This document shows, in pieces, positions 12,860 through 26,079 of a DNA stretch of 48,206 nucleotides (position 1 is its first letter; each line of letters opens with the position of its first letter). Source of the DNA: Octopus bimaculoides (lineage: Eukaryota); NCBI RefSeq assembly GCF_001194135.2, contig NC_068991.1, forward strand, positions 80,289,380 through 80,337,585, written 5' to 3'. Under the pieces are notes generated by a model. That model did no database searches and had not been told where the DNA came from. It saw nothing but the letters and a program-made list of their open reading frames with translations. The position numbers were made by a program, and so were the translations under genes.

Positions 12860-13313
12860 GGGTGTATACAAACATACATAGTGACACAATTAGCTGGTTA
12901 GTTGTCCACCTTTATCCTTATTTCTTTGGCCAACTTAGAAACAAAATGTGGAGCACTAATACATGTAATAAAACAACACAAGAAGAAAACACTTTTCTCT
13001 ATACACGAGGAGACAACAAAATACAAAACAGAAACAAACTACACTGACACACTGATCCCTGGTGCCAACAAACCAGAAATGGTCAAAGTGACAAAAAAAT
13101 AACAACACAGACACAGAATCATAAGACATACTAAAGAAGAGACGGAGAGAAAGTCACTGCATGGTCAATACCCTGCAAGGCTTGACCGAGAGGAAGTGAG
13201 CCTCAGTAAAAGTCAACAATGGCTCAAAATCTCTGAACTAAAAGCAAAAACGGAAGGACTGATTCTCGCTGCACAAGACTAATGCCTGACTACGAACAAT
13301 TATAAAAGCAAAA
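12860..13313 (+). mobile_element. Internal fragment of an RLE-type (Dong/R4-like) LINE
   Basis: LHGQYPARLDREEVSLSKSQQWLKISELKAKTEGLILAAQD*CLTTNNYK is the conserved HGQ/W/EG...AAQD block that precedes the zinc knuckle. The 5' boundary is approximate. Confidence 0.8.
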
Positions 13314-13505
13314 TAATCCTTTCTACTGGAGACACAAGGCCTCAAATTTGTGGGAAGGGGACTAGTCGATTACATTGACCCCAGTGTTTCACTGATACTT
13401 AATTTATAGACAGCGAAAGGTTGAAAGGCAAAGTCGACCTCGGCAGAATTTGAACTCAGAACGTTGCGACGTGCAGAGCGCTAACGATTCGGCCACCTCG
13501 CCGCC
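13314..13505 (-). mobile_element. SINE family A copy (tandem array 1 of 3)
   Basis: Reverse complement of the family core: ggcaaagtcgacctcggcagaatttgaactcagaac...cgccgcc. Confidence 0.92.
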
Positions 13506-13524
13506 TTAGTAATAACTATAATTA

Positions 13525-13740
13525 TTATCATTTCAAATTTTTTCCACAAAGGCAGCTTAGGCGAGGTGGGGATGAGTCGATTACATCGTCTCCAGTGTTT
13601 CACTGGTACTTAATTTATCGACCCCGAAAGGGTGAAAGCTAAATTCGACCTCAGCGGAATTTGAACTCAGAACTTGAAGACAGACGAAATACCGCTAAGC
13701 AGTTCCCCCAGCGTTTTAACCATTCTGCCAGATCGCCGTC
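13525..13740 (-). mobile_element. SINE family A copy (tandem array 2 of 3)
   Basis: atcgaccccgaaagg...ggaatttgaactcagaac...aaataccgctaagca...ttctgccagatcgcc. Confidence 0.92.
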
Positions 13741-13763
13741 TTAATAATAATAATAATAATAAT

Positions 13764-13978
13764 AATCCTTTCTACTGTAGGCACAAGGCCTCGAATTTGG
13801 GTGAAGGGGACTAGTCGATTGCATCGACCCCAGTGTTTCACTGGTACTTAATTTATCGAACCCCGAAGGATGAGAGGCAAAGTCGACCTCGGCGGAATTT
13901 GAACTCAGAACGTAGCAAGACGCGAAGTGCCGTTATGCCTTTCGCCCGGCGTCCTAACGATTCTGCCAGCTCGCCGCC
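13764..13978 (-). mobile_element. SINE family A copy (tandem array 3 of 3)
   Basis: taatcctttctactgtaggcacaaggcc...ggcaaagtcgacctcggcggaatttgaactcagaacg...ctgccagctcgccgcc. Confidence 0.93.
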
Positions 13979-14929
13979 TTCTTAATAATAAGAAGAAAAA
14001 ACAATTAGTGCATCATTTTTAGATTAATTATGAAGTTTCATGTTAATTAGCATTATTTGCGATGAAAGTGTCAATCCAGTTCACTAAGTAACAGATGAAA
14101 TTATAAATCGACATAAAATCTATGTATTGGATCGCACCTCGGCGTGACAATCTTCAAAGATGTTCTTTCTACATACAACACAAATGTTGCTGGTAGTATT
14201 AGATTTTCGGATTATTATTTTCTATTTTTCAGTCTTAATTCATTTTATTTATTACATATATGTGACAAATATAAGAAACTTAAAAACAAAACCGAATTAA
14301 AGATGTTTGTTGTTATCACAATCTTTTTAAAATTTAGAAAAACATTAGTTTTAAGATTTAATCTATATACATTTATTTATTTATTTATTTATTTGATTAC
14401 TTGATTGCGAAAGTGATATATTAAATTTCACAGCTGATGAAAGCCTTTAAGCTATCTTATACACTGAAAAAGTTGGAGATCTGACAAAAGAATGACAACG
14501 TAAACTAATTGATTTATTCCCACGGTAAATCCAAACTTTATTCTGCTTTACTACGATCATTATTTCGCTATTGAATATACTAAACCATTAAAAGACAAAG
14601 TGCCATAGTTTTCCTTGTGTTTATTTGATTTTATTATTGATTACTTGCTTCAATACTCACCATAGTCTCTCAGAAATAACTAAAATGCTGAGAAATGTAA
14701 ATATCTTTCATGTGGTTTATTTTATAACAGCATACATCTTTGGGTTATTTTCCATGCTGTTAGCTTTGCATTTCCTAGGACGGTGTAGCACTCATGAAGG
14801 GTACTTTTGGAATAATTTCTTTCAGTTGGATACCTTTTCTGCCGCCAACCTTTCCTCTTGCCCCTTACAACACGCCAAATATCGAATATCTAATCTAAAA
14901 CTGAGATGTATACAGTTATATTATTATTA

Positions 14930-16780
14930 GTAATTTTTTCCCTTTTTGTAATGTAAAATATGTTTGTGATTGGTGTTTGCTGTGTTTGAGTATTGCTTGT
15001 GTAAATATTTTAAAGAGGAATTCTGAAGAGTATGTACAGTGTCCGGGTCGAACACTTTGTATTGTCCACTCCCGTTTTCTTATTGGGTTTTCTTCTGTGT
15101 TGTGCTCTTGAAAGTAATATGGAAAGCAGGTGAATCCAAATTTTCTTCGGTATGTCAACTAGTACCATGGGTGTTTTTATTCTCTGGGTGTTAATATACA
15201 TCACTTAATATGGTTTCAATTGTTAATGTGATATTGTTAAATAAGCTTTTTACCTCCATGCTGGAGATGCTGCTTAGTTTCAAGATTTTGCAGGAATACT
15301 TAGGATTGCTGCTTAGCTTTATTGTTCGATAATGTTATCAAATTGTTTAGCGACTCTAGTATTGATTTGGTGTATTTATTTGAGATATTAAAGTTAAAAG
15401 GGGTTGTTTTGTTTAGGCATTTTTATTGTTCCATAGATAAGCGATGGACTAAACTCTCTTCCAATGCTGAGAAAATAAGAGGCTTCAACTTGTGCGTTTA
15501 TCATCATAATTAGTTTATTTTCACTTTAATTGCGTTGTACTATTTTCTTGAATCCATATAAATTTGTATTTTGTCACTGAATACATTGTTTTGTTTTTCC
15601 TTACAATGTATTCTTCTTTTTCCTTGGTTACGAATATTTTATTTTGGATTGATTCATTAGTTTGCTTTTTTTAAGTCAGAGAGATCTTGAATATTTGTTT
15701 CTTGCTACATCAACTCAATTATATTCGACTTTTCGGAGTAAGTTATGGAGTTTATTCTTTTATTCTTGTTTCCGTCTTTTGGTTCCGGTCATTCTGGAGC
15801 GCATCCTTGTAGAGTTGGCTCCAATACGTAGTTGAAGTCCGGTACTTATTTATTTGGTCTCATTTATTAACGAGTTAAGTTACGGAGAAGTAAATAAACC
15901 AACAGCTGTCGTAAAACGTGGAGACAAAGACAGGCACAAACACATATATATAATATATATACTGTGTATAATATATATCTTATATATACCTAGGGCTCCC
16001 ACACAATTTCCGCCTGTCAAATCCACTGACAAGGCATGGGTTGGCCCGGCGCTAATAAAAGACACTTTTCTGAGATGCCACGCAGTGGGACTGAACTCAA
16101 AACTACGTAATTGCGAAGCGTTCTTCTTAAATACACAGCTATACTTGGCCTTGGCCAAAGTTGTGTTTTTTTTTTCTAACCTCTGAGATTATCTTAAGTT
16201 TGACAAGTCCTTTAATTTTAGAATGTTTGAGTTTTTTTTTTTTTTGCGATTTTGGGGCCATTTCTGTTATGGATGGAAATTGCTGAGGGTTGCAATTTCG
16301 TCTGGGCTGAGCAAATGTTAAGAAATTTAGTTTCCTATCTAGGAAGAGTTATATTTTTTCTTTACAGAGTTTACTTAGTTTATTTATATTGCTGTGTCTA
16401 ATTCACCGTGAAAGAGATGTTTCGATATTATTAAACCCTGGATATATACTATACGTGTATGTTAGCGTTTTCTTTGAGTTTAATAAACGTTTCTTATTCA
16501 CTGATTTATTGATATCTTTCTTTGACTGCACAATTTCCGCTTTCACGCACTCTATATCCCAATACACTGTATGCTGTGTATATTTGTCTTTCTATCAATT
16601 GCTTTCGAAACACTGTTGTACACTGTTCATATTTTACTGTTTTATTATCTAGTTTTATATATAAAGAGAACAGCTTTTCGTTAACTCAGCATGGTTACTG
16701 TTGTACGGCTCTGATTCATCTGTGTGATCTTAAGCGCCCCAAAGATAATCATCTTCTCATCTTTTCTCAAGCATGATCAG
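14930..16780 (-). mobile_element. Decayed Penelope-like element (PLE) ORF remnant, interrupted by a SINE
   Basis: Minus strand across frameshifts: TVFRKQLIERQI (about 16580-16615), LIYGTIKMPKQNNP-LTLISQINTP (about 15370-15440), VAKQFDNII, and SSMEVKSLFNNIT (about 15229-15268). These match PLE RT motifs LYGLPKIHK..P.RPIIS and ASLDV.SLFTN. Outer boundaries are approximate. Confidence 0.65.
15838..16145 (-). mobile_element. SINE family B copy inserted in the PLE remnant
   Basis: The reverse complement contains gagttcagtcccactgcgtggcatc...aagtgtctt...gccttgtcagtggatttg, followed by an AT-rich and (TG)-like tail. Confidence 0.85.
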
Positions 16781-17757
16781 GCTTGCTCTGGCAGTAAACA
16801 ACAAACATAAACACAACAATGCCACAAATTACATTGAATTACATAATCATAGATTTAGTGCGACTAAAATCAATAGGAAAGTCAAAGTTGAACTACCTTA
16901 GATCATAAGCCTACTCAATCAAGCCTTACTTGGGGTTAAACAACAAAATCAACAAAAGCAATTCTACTAACAACATCAACACGGCTCCAAGGTTCCAATC
17001 AGGAAGTAGTTGCAAAATCTGCTGGAAATAACAGCCAAATATCCTACGATTCTTAGACGTTCTGGATTAAACCAAGCGTTACTATGACCCCCTCTCTTTT
17101 ATTTACACTGTTTCATCCTACCACCTGCAATTGTTCCACATATGACCCATAAAAAATGACCGCCGACATGTTGGTCACCAATAAAACCTATATGGAATGT
17201 CCTGATTCACACAATTAAAATAAGAAAATAATTTTGAAGATTAAGCTAATCAAAATAGATAATTAGTGACACCCACACCCCGCTTCCTGCTTCTTTGCAG
17301 TAGTCGTTTGAAATTTTACACGGATCATATTGAGAAACACTGGATTAAGCCATTGAAACAAAACAAAAAATCTGAAGTGACGTCACGAAGATTTGTCTGA
17401 AGCTAAGAAGCAACGACAACAACTGTGACGTATATCGCTGTGTTTCTGGTCCATAAGACGTGTCGTATAATTTATTAAAGCATATTTTTGAAAAAGCATT
17501 TGGCTATTTATAGATATAGTATCAAAGATTTGTTTTGTAAAAATATTTAATTTAGAATGAAACAGTTTTGCATTAGCAAACCTTAATACGTTGCTACACA
17601 TGTCCAGTAGGAACGGCCCATGGAGTATGTTTACATTCCAACTACCATGCAGGCGTCACAGTGTTATTGTGAGGTTCTCATTAGCGACATATCTGATTGA
17701 TCTCCACTGTTTATTGTAGAGATCAGTGATACACCTACGGATACAGAATAATCAGAT

Positions 17758-17769
17758 AGAAAGAGAGAA

Positions 17770-17800
<31 letters not shown>

Positions 17801-17895
17801 AAGAGAGAGAGACAAAGAGAGAGAGACAAAGAGAGAGAGAGACAAAGAGAGAGAGACAAAGAGAGAGAGAGAGAGGAGGGGAGAAAGAAAGAAAG
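17758..17895. repeat. (GA)n microsatellite with GAGAGAGACAAA higher-order units
   Basis: Read directly. Confidence 0.95.
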
Positions 17896-18029
17896 ATTCA
17901 TTAGGAGAAAAATCTACTCACGTCGTTTAGCTTAAGCCCAATTTTTCATGTGAAATATGTTTTGTTGCATTTGTGACAGACAGCTGAAGATTCCGTCTAT
18001 TAAATAAATTATCTCTCAGCACATCAATC

Positions 18030-18330
18030 ACTGCTGACATCAAACATCCTTGTCACTATTTGTTTGCTGGTCACTGCTATCTTCATAGAAAACTTCATCT
18101 TCGGAGCCACCTATTGCGTTACTCTTTCAACATCTTCCCATTCCTTGCCTATTATTTCTACATTTCACTCTCTCTTATGACTTTCCTACTGACATACCTG
18201 TGCTTTACTAGATTACTTCACTCGTTTATTACTAAATTCCCACAAGGTATACGCATACTCCAATCTTCTCGCATAAAACATTTGAATGCTTTGCTAAGTG
18301 AAATGTCCTGGAAGTTTAACTGCAAAGTTA
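18030..18330 (+). mobile_element. Possible highly decayed PLE RT C-terminal fragment
   Basis: Across frames: NF....Y.VTLSTSS-PFL, PTD, LDY and AYSNLLR-like. These loosely resemble PLE HP.LKFT..S...LPFLD...KPTD...YL.Y.S.H....PYSQFLR. Confidence 0.3.
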
Positions 18331-18757
18331 AAACTCCAGGGTTAACTGTTTCTTTACTTTTTAACTACTGATTTTTTTTTTCTTCTCGGCTGCATTGTGG
18401 CCTTAGAATTGATCTCCCTTAAGTAACAAGCAACCAATATGCTATAACCAAACTTTCTCCGCTATTTTCACAATTTTCATTTATCTACCTTCTGTCATCT
18501 ACAAGAAAAAGAACATCAGTTGCGATTATTTCCTTAGACAATGTTTTCTGTTTAATGATCAGTAGAAGCGAGAGCTTTGTGTTGAACCATCTTGGTAATT
18601 TTATCTTCGACAGTTTTTGTCAGATGCCACATCGAATGTTAACGGCTCTTCACCTAGATCGGCCATTTGTCAAAGTTCATAATTTGTGTTCTCCTCGAAA
18701 TGAATCACATTTTGATGAAGCTCAGGCTTTTCTTCTTTATTCACTTTAATCATCCTC

Positions 18758-18965
18758 TTACTTCTTTACTGCCCACAAGGGGCTACACACAGAGGGGACA
18801 AACAAGGACAGACAAGCGGATTAAGTCGATTATATCGACCCCAGTGCGTAACTGGTACTTACTTAATCGACCCCGAAAGGATGAAGGCAAAGTCGACCTC
18901 GGCGGAATTTGAACTCAGAACGTAGCATTTCGCCCGGCGTGCTAACGTTTCTGCCAGCTCGCCGC
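18758..18965 (-). mobile_element. SINE family A copy with a 14-bp TSD and a variant 3' end
   Basis: CTTTAATCATCCTC at 18744-18757 and 18966-18979. The core is very close to the 19750 copy. Confidence 0.95.
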
Positions 18966-19749
18966 CTTTAATCATCCTCGGCGCAATCCCGATCTTTACT
19001 CTTACGTTTAGTTCGCGCCTCTTCATGAAATGATAGCAGTATAATGAATATCTAGCCAATGCGTTTGCAGTTATATTTTTCTTTTCGTTCAATCCACCCA
19101 CTTTACACATTATTATTTATTTGAAACTATATAATCTACATTTTGCTATTTGTGTGGCCATAATGTTATGACTTCTTCCAGTTGTGAGAATTTTGCTTTT
19201 AATAACGAAATTCGTTTATTTTCTTTATCGTTTTTATCCTGCTTTTGTACCGCTTTCTTTTTCCAAACTCACAAATTACTTTTGGTTGGTACTGTTGCTC
19301 TAATGTTCAGTATTGTCAAGCATATTAAACAGCTTGTATCTTCTTAGCTTACATTACCATATGTTCTGTACTCTGCTCCGATATTAGCCATTGTGTTGTA
19401 TAGTGGAAGGGTACCATAAGCAGAGTAACTAAATTAATAGCTAACAGATGGCGTAAACTTTGTTCGTATTTCAACCAACTTACAATCGTGGGTGAGATAT
19501 CGTTATTGTTGACTCCCGATAAACAGAACAAAAGAAACAATGTTCAGTTATTTGAGTTAGCAAATGCTTGTATACTTCTTACCAGTTACTATGAAATAAT
19601 TGCAAAATTGGTAAAAAAACAACCTTTGCTGCACATAGAGCTCGAATATATTTATTACAATTGTAGACTTATATTAATTTATATCGGAGAGAGATAAACA
19701 GGTAAAAGACACACTACAAACAGACCATTTAATAATATAACGTTGGTTT

Positions 19750-19964
19750 GGCAGCGAGCTGGCAGAAACGTTAGCACTCCGGGCGAAATGCTTAGCGGTA
19801 TTTCGTCTGTCTTCAGGTTCTGAGTTCAAATTCCGCCGAGGTCGACTTTGCCTTTCATCCTTTCGGGGTCGATAAATTAAGTACCAGTTGTGTACTGGAT
19901 CGATCTAATCGACTAGCCCTCTCACCCCAAAATTTCGGGCCTTGTGCTTTGAGTAGAAACGAAT
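19750..19964 (+). mobile_element. Well-preserved, full-length SINE family A copy (tRNA-related head)
   Basis: A-box-like TGGCAGAAACG and B-box-like GAGTTCAAATTCC, followed by gaggtcgactttgcctttcatcctttcggggtcgataaattaagtaccag. Confidence 0.95.
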
Positions 19965-20954
19965 AAAACCTTGGATTACTTGGGAGAAACTTTTCTGGAA
20001 AAGATGCATCTTATGAGATGGAAAATATGACTAATTACCAATTACAAAAATGAGAAGCTCTGCGGATAATATTGACCATATATGTTTTCGTTTAATTACA
20101 GTAATGAGGAAATTTCACTTGACAGTTGAAGATATATAAAGTAAAATGATCAAGTATAAAAACCTTCCATTAAATATATTTTGTTATTGTATAAAATTCC
20201 AATAAATAGATTGTTGATAATTGTATACAAACAGTATAATGGTTTGATTACTTTCAGAAATTCTGAAACAGAGGATTAAGAAGAGTTTAAGAGGCAGACT
20301 TGTAAATTATAAAACTAATTCAGTAGTCGATGGTTTGCTTGTAGGGACGCTAACATATAAACTTAAATACAGTTTAATTTTTTTTTGTCTCCCTCTACGT
20401 TACGAGTTCAAAATTCACTGCAATTAACTTTGCCTTTCATTCATCTAAGATCATTAAAACAATTAGTGACCATGACTTGATGTTGATTCAATCAGCTTTA
20501 ATGGAGTTTAGAAACTTGCTGCCTTCACTTCGTATTACAACTTCTCAGTCCCTCTAGAGCCTTTTTTCATCACTTCCCAATAAATTTGCGGACCTTGTGA
20601 AGGGAAGTTGCTGCCTTTAGGTCACATTCAGCCTTTGAGGCCCTTTAGGGTAACCTTCTGGAAGAAAGTCTAGAAAATGACGGTCACATCACTGCCCAGC
20701 AAATGTTTGGGCTCTGCCTCCACACATAAAGCTACTCACCATGGATTGATTCTCATTTTCTGTTTAGATATTATTTGGCAACACATCTTAATTCACAGTT
20801 TATCAGCCTGATGGGGGGGGGGAGTATTTCATTTCGAAGTTTTCTTGCTTCTAACCCTTCCAGAATCAATATATTAAACTACTAATTAAGTATTAGAGTT
20901 GTTGCGATCAACTTTCACCATCAACACTAAATTTGCGACCTCTTTCCTATTTGG

Positions 20955-21148
20955 AGACTGTAAAGGCAGCAGAATTTCAGAATATTGAGAACATTGGGAA
21001 AATGTCTTGTTCCAGCTTTTTATGTTGTTTGTTCAAATCCCTTCAAGATTAACTTTGCATTTCATCCATTCAAAGTCCATAAAATAAATTGTCAAGTACT
21101 GGGGTCGATGGTATAGACTGAGCCCTGCCACACACATACACACACACA

Positions 21149-21199
<51 letters not shown>

Positions 21200-21450
21200 A
21201 CACACACACACATGCATACTCTTCAAAGTTTGTAGTGTTCTGCTTAAATTAGAAAGTATAGGTACTATATTGGCAGAAACGTTGGAGCATCCGAAAAGAA
21301 ATGCCTTGTGACAGTCATTCTGGCGATTTAGATTATTTGTTCAAATCCTTCCGCGATTAACTCTGCCTTTCGTCCTTTCGTGGTTTGATCAAATTCAGTG
21401 GAAACCGAATCGAAATCAAGTACCTAAAAGAATGACTGGACTCGTGCCTG
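20955..21450 (+). mobile_element. Two old SINE family A copies in tandem, the first split by (CA)n at about 21129-21211
   Basis: gttcaaatccc...aactttgcatttcatcc...gtactggggtcgat, then ttggcagaaacg...gttcaaatcc...ctctgcctttcgtcctttcg. Confidence 0.65.
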
Positions 21451-21928
21451 AATCCGAAACAATAAATAAAATGAAATAATGTCTTTTTACAGAAGATTCT
21501 CATATCGTATTTATCTTGTTCGTTGCTGTCATGAGTAACATTTCCAAACAGAAAAAGTAAATTAAACAAAGCAACAAAAATACAATCTCGGCTTTTAGTA
21601 ACGCACACTTATACTATGATAATATATATACAAAAGAAATTGAATTTAATCACCATAAAAAAAATACCACAAAATTTGATACATCAAAAAACACATTTTC
21701 TAGAAAACAAGATCAAAGGATTCTTCGACTAGTAAAAGAGTTTTTCAGAGTTGGATATTTTGGCTATCTTGTTGTTTGAGTTGTCTTGCTTAGAAACTAG
21801 TTATTATCCAATTTCGTTGTCTCGTCGTAATTAGTCACACTTAACTTTCAATAAAGAAAAATAATTTCTTTCGTTTATGTTGTTTATATAACATTTACTG
21901 TCATTGTTTAAATAGATATGAAAATTAT

Positions 21929-21930
21929 AT

Positions 21931-21971
<41 letters not shown>

Positions 21972-21977
21972 TGTGTG

Positions 21978-22017
<40 letters not shown>

Positions 22018-22246
22018 TCTTCTCTGGAGTCATGTTTTCCTAAAAAAAACATATACATACATACATATATATATATATACATACACACATACTTATCCAC
22101 ATATATATATGCATGAATATGTGTACATATGTATATACATATAAAAATATATATATACATACATATATATATATATACACACATATATATACATATATAC
22201 ATATATACATATATATATATATATTATGTATATGTGTATATATATG

Positions 22247-22277
<31 letters not shown>

Positions 22278-22279
22278 GC

Positions 22280-22373
<94 letters not shown>

Positions 22374-22411
22374 TTACAGATAGATAGACAGATAGACATA
22401 TATATATATAG
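21929..22411. repeat. Compound (TG)n/(TA)n/(GATA)n/(GACA)n microsatellite block
   Basis: Read directly. Confidence 0.97.
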
Positions 22412-23300
22412 TCTCGCAGACAGTATAGATCCCCAGCGATGTTGCACACCTGCAGCAGGAGTTGGACTCAATTTACAAACGGGCTGAGGACAATAGTATG
22501 CAGTTTAATGCTGGAAAATTCCAAGCCCTGCACTACCAATACACAAAATTGAACGAAAAACATACAGGGTACAATGGCCCAGGGGGGGGTTACAATCCCA
22601 GAGCCTAAATCAGTGAGGGACCTGGGTATCGACATGAGTAATGATAACTCTTTCTAAGTGCACATTACCAAGATGGCGATAGAGCGCAGATGGCTGGCTC
22701 GCTGGATACAGAGAACCTTCGGAACCAGAGAGAAGGAAACCATGACGGTCCTCTGGAATGCATTTGTCTTCAGCCGTCTGGACTACTGTTCCCAGCATCG
22801 GTCATCCAACAGTGGTAAATTAACAGCGAACCTTGAAGCAATCCAGCGAAGCTACACAAAAAGATTGTCTCATTGCAACAGCTCAGTTACTGGGAAAGGT
22901 TAAAACAGCGAAGGCGGTAGAGATATGCAGCAATATACATCTGGACGATCCTGGAGAGGACTGTGCCTAAATTTGGCATTGAAAGCTACACAAAAGCCTG
23001 AACAGGTCGCCATTGCACAGTGCCAAGACCCCAACATTATCGTCGCGTTTCATGACCAGTTACTGCAACAGCCTGGGTTTCAAGGGCCCACAGCTTTTTA
23101 ATATTCTCCCAAAAAGCCTGAAGTACCTACACAAAGTGGTGTCGAGAGTCCCAGACGAACCTACCTCGCGGGTAGCGACATCAAACTCCTTTATTCACCA
23201 GTTGCCACATATCAGATGAGGCTCTCAGCAATAATAGGGTAGTAGAACGGCGGTACACCAGCATGGCCGCAGCTTTGAGCTGAAACCTATGAAAAATAAG
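22412..23300 (+). mobile_element. 5'-truncated, decayed CR1-group LINE (RT C-terminus and 3' region)
   Basis: [82 protein letters not shown] and FKGPQLFNILP. Multiple frameshifts. Confidence 0.88.
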
Positions 23301-23437
23301 AGAATATGTATATGAGGTATTATCTAATAATACAAATTTATTGAACTTTTATAATGTCTTCGAAGATGTTGGCTTGATCGTCTTCGTCAGACTGTCAGTC
23401 GCTGCTTTCAACTTTTTCTTTATATATATATATATAT

Positions 23438-23557
23438 NNNNNNNNNNNNNNNNNNNNNNNNNNNNNNNNNNNNNNNNNNNNNNNNNNNNNNNNNNNNNNN
23501 NNNNNNNNNNNNNNNNNNNNNNNNNNNNNNNNNNNNNNNNNNNNNNNNNNNNNNNNN
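23438..23557. other. Assembly gap (120 N)
   Basis: N run following (TA)n. Confidence 0.99.
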
Positions 23558-23755
23558 TATGCAATCGAAACGTCTAGTTAGAATAGAGGCAGCTGACGAA
23601 GGAATAATTCCAAGTGGCTATCTGTTTTCCTATGTGTTCGTTCCGTTGTCTGTAGTTCATTTTTCTAACGTCCTGTACTTTGATATGCATCTATATACAC
23701 ATGTAGATGTAAGTATGTACATATATGTGTGTATACATGCATATATATTCTTTGT

Positions 23756-24490
<735 letters not shown>

Positions 24491-25122
24491 TGACATCTAT
24501 ACTGGCTTACATTCACTCATATATACCCAGGCCCACTCACACAAAGAGAAACATATCCACACAGTAACAGGCTCACACAGACACAATAGGAGACACACAT
24601 TCACACACACACACACAGATACATACACTAATCTGTGAACACATAAGCACACATATTAATCCAGGTATACACTCAGATACACACCTAGACAAACAAATAA
24701 GCACAAACATCCAAACAGACAAATGCATTTGCAAACACACAAACCATAAACACATATGCAAATTTGTTGATGTTTATAAGAATATATTTATTTCTTCACG
24801 TCTTAGTGTATTTACGTGTGTGAGTATATATATGGGTAAATGTGTGTGTAAATGTGTGTGTAAATGTATGTGTAATTGTATGTGTATGAGGTGTGTTTAT
24901 TAAAAGCAATAAATACAAATTTGCATAAAGAATAAGAAAAAATTGGATTGAAAAATAATTTTCAAAATTGATTTATGAATTTGGAGATAGATTTTAAAAA
25001 AACAGTAATTAATTAAAAACATAAGTAGGAATAAACGTTTGAGTTGAAAAAATATGCTTTCAATGCTTTTCTTGAAATTTTATTCAAGTTTAAAAGTCAA
25101 TTTTTCTATTTTACTTACTTTG

Positions 25123-25140
25123 CTTCATCATCATCATTAG

Positions 25141-25179
<39 letters not shown>

Positions 25180-25270
25180 TAGAATCATCATCATCTTCAG
25201 AATCATTTTCATCATATCATCAACAACAACAGCAACAACATGATCCTCATCGCCGTCACCGTCATCATCA
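25123..25270. repeat. Degenerate (CAT)n/(CAA)n microsatellite
   Basis: Read directly. Confidence 0.93.
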
Positions 25271-25689
25271 ACCTTACTGAGGGATTTCTTATTGGGAGCT
25301 ACTGCCCCTAATGTTTGGTGTTCGAATGTATCACCGGGAAAGATGCCCTTCTTAACATCAACCACTTAACAAATTTTATCGAGAAAATATAGAGACAAGG
25401 TGAAAATATCGCACTTCGAACAAAAGATAAGACACATTATTGACTTGTAAACCTCTAATATATTGCTTAGTACATTATGGTTGCAAAACGAAATAGTGTT
25501 ACCTTGCAGGCTACTAAATATATACGTATCTTTTTTTTTTTTTTTTACATATTGTACGAGGTAAGCATTTTGTTATGGCACCGACACTAGAGCGTTATTC
25601 AGTGACCTAAAGCATGTAGATGCTGGAGAGGAGTCAATGATAGCAAAAAGGCCCGACACAGGGAAATAGAAGTGTAACTGTAGAGAATA

Positions 25690-26030
25690 TACAACAACCT
25701 AAGGTATGAACATTTGTTCAAGTGACCCATGGGTAAGTAAGAGATAGCAAGAGATCAAAAGGACCAGATTGGGGGGGGACGGTGAAACTGTTAAGAGTAT
25801 GATGAGAAGATTAGATGGGAAGCAGCATATCTGGGGTGGGGTTAGTAGGAGAGTGATAGGCAATAACAGAGGTGAACAAGTGTAAGGGTGGAGAATAGTA
25901 TTAGAGCGTTGATGTCCAAAAGATGGAAAGTTCTGGTTGATTGAAGAGCAGAACATAGTTTTAGTGTACAAAGTAAAGGATGAGGGGAGTCTTATGTTCG
26001 GATCCCAGACAAAGGTGAGGTGTTAGCGAT
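25690..26030 (-). mobile_element. Possible highly decayed PLE RT C-terminal fragment
   Basis: Minus strand across frames: FP-(F)LDIN, then FTSVIAYHSPTNP..LLPI*SSHHTLNS, resembling LPFLDI...TSVYYKPTD..YL...S.HP.HTKNS. Confidence 0.35.
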
Positions 26031-26079
26031 GTGAAGTGGATGGTGCATATTTCACTTTATTAAATCGTCAAAAATACGG

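Noticed and set aside
17377-17386. Palindromic CRE (GTGACGTCAC)
   Set aside because: A single site with no promoter context; expected by chance at this scale.
18760-18776. 13-mer GCAGTAAAGAAGT shared between the variant SINE tail and the start of the Dong 3' UTR (about 39636)
   Set aside because: Short, does not extend, and is not at the LINE terminus where SINE-LINE homology is expected.
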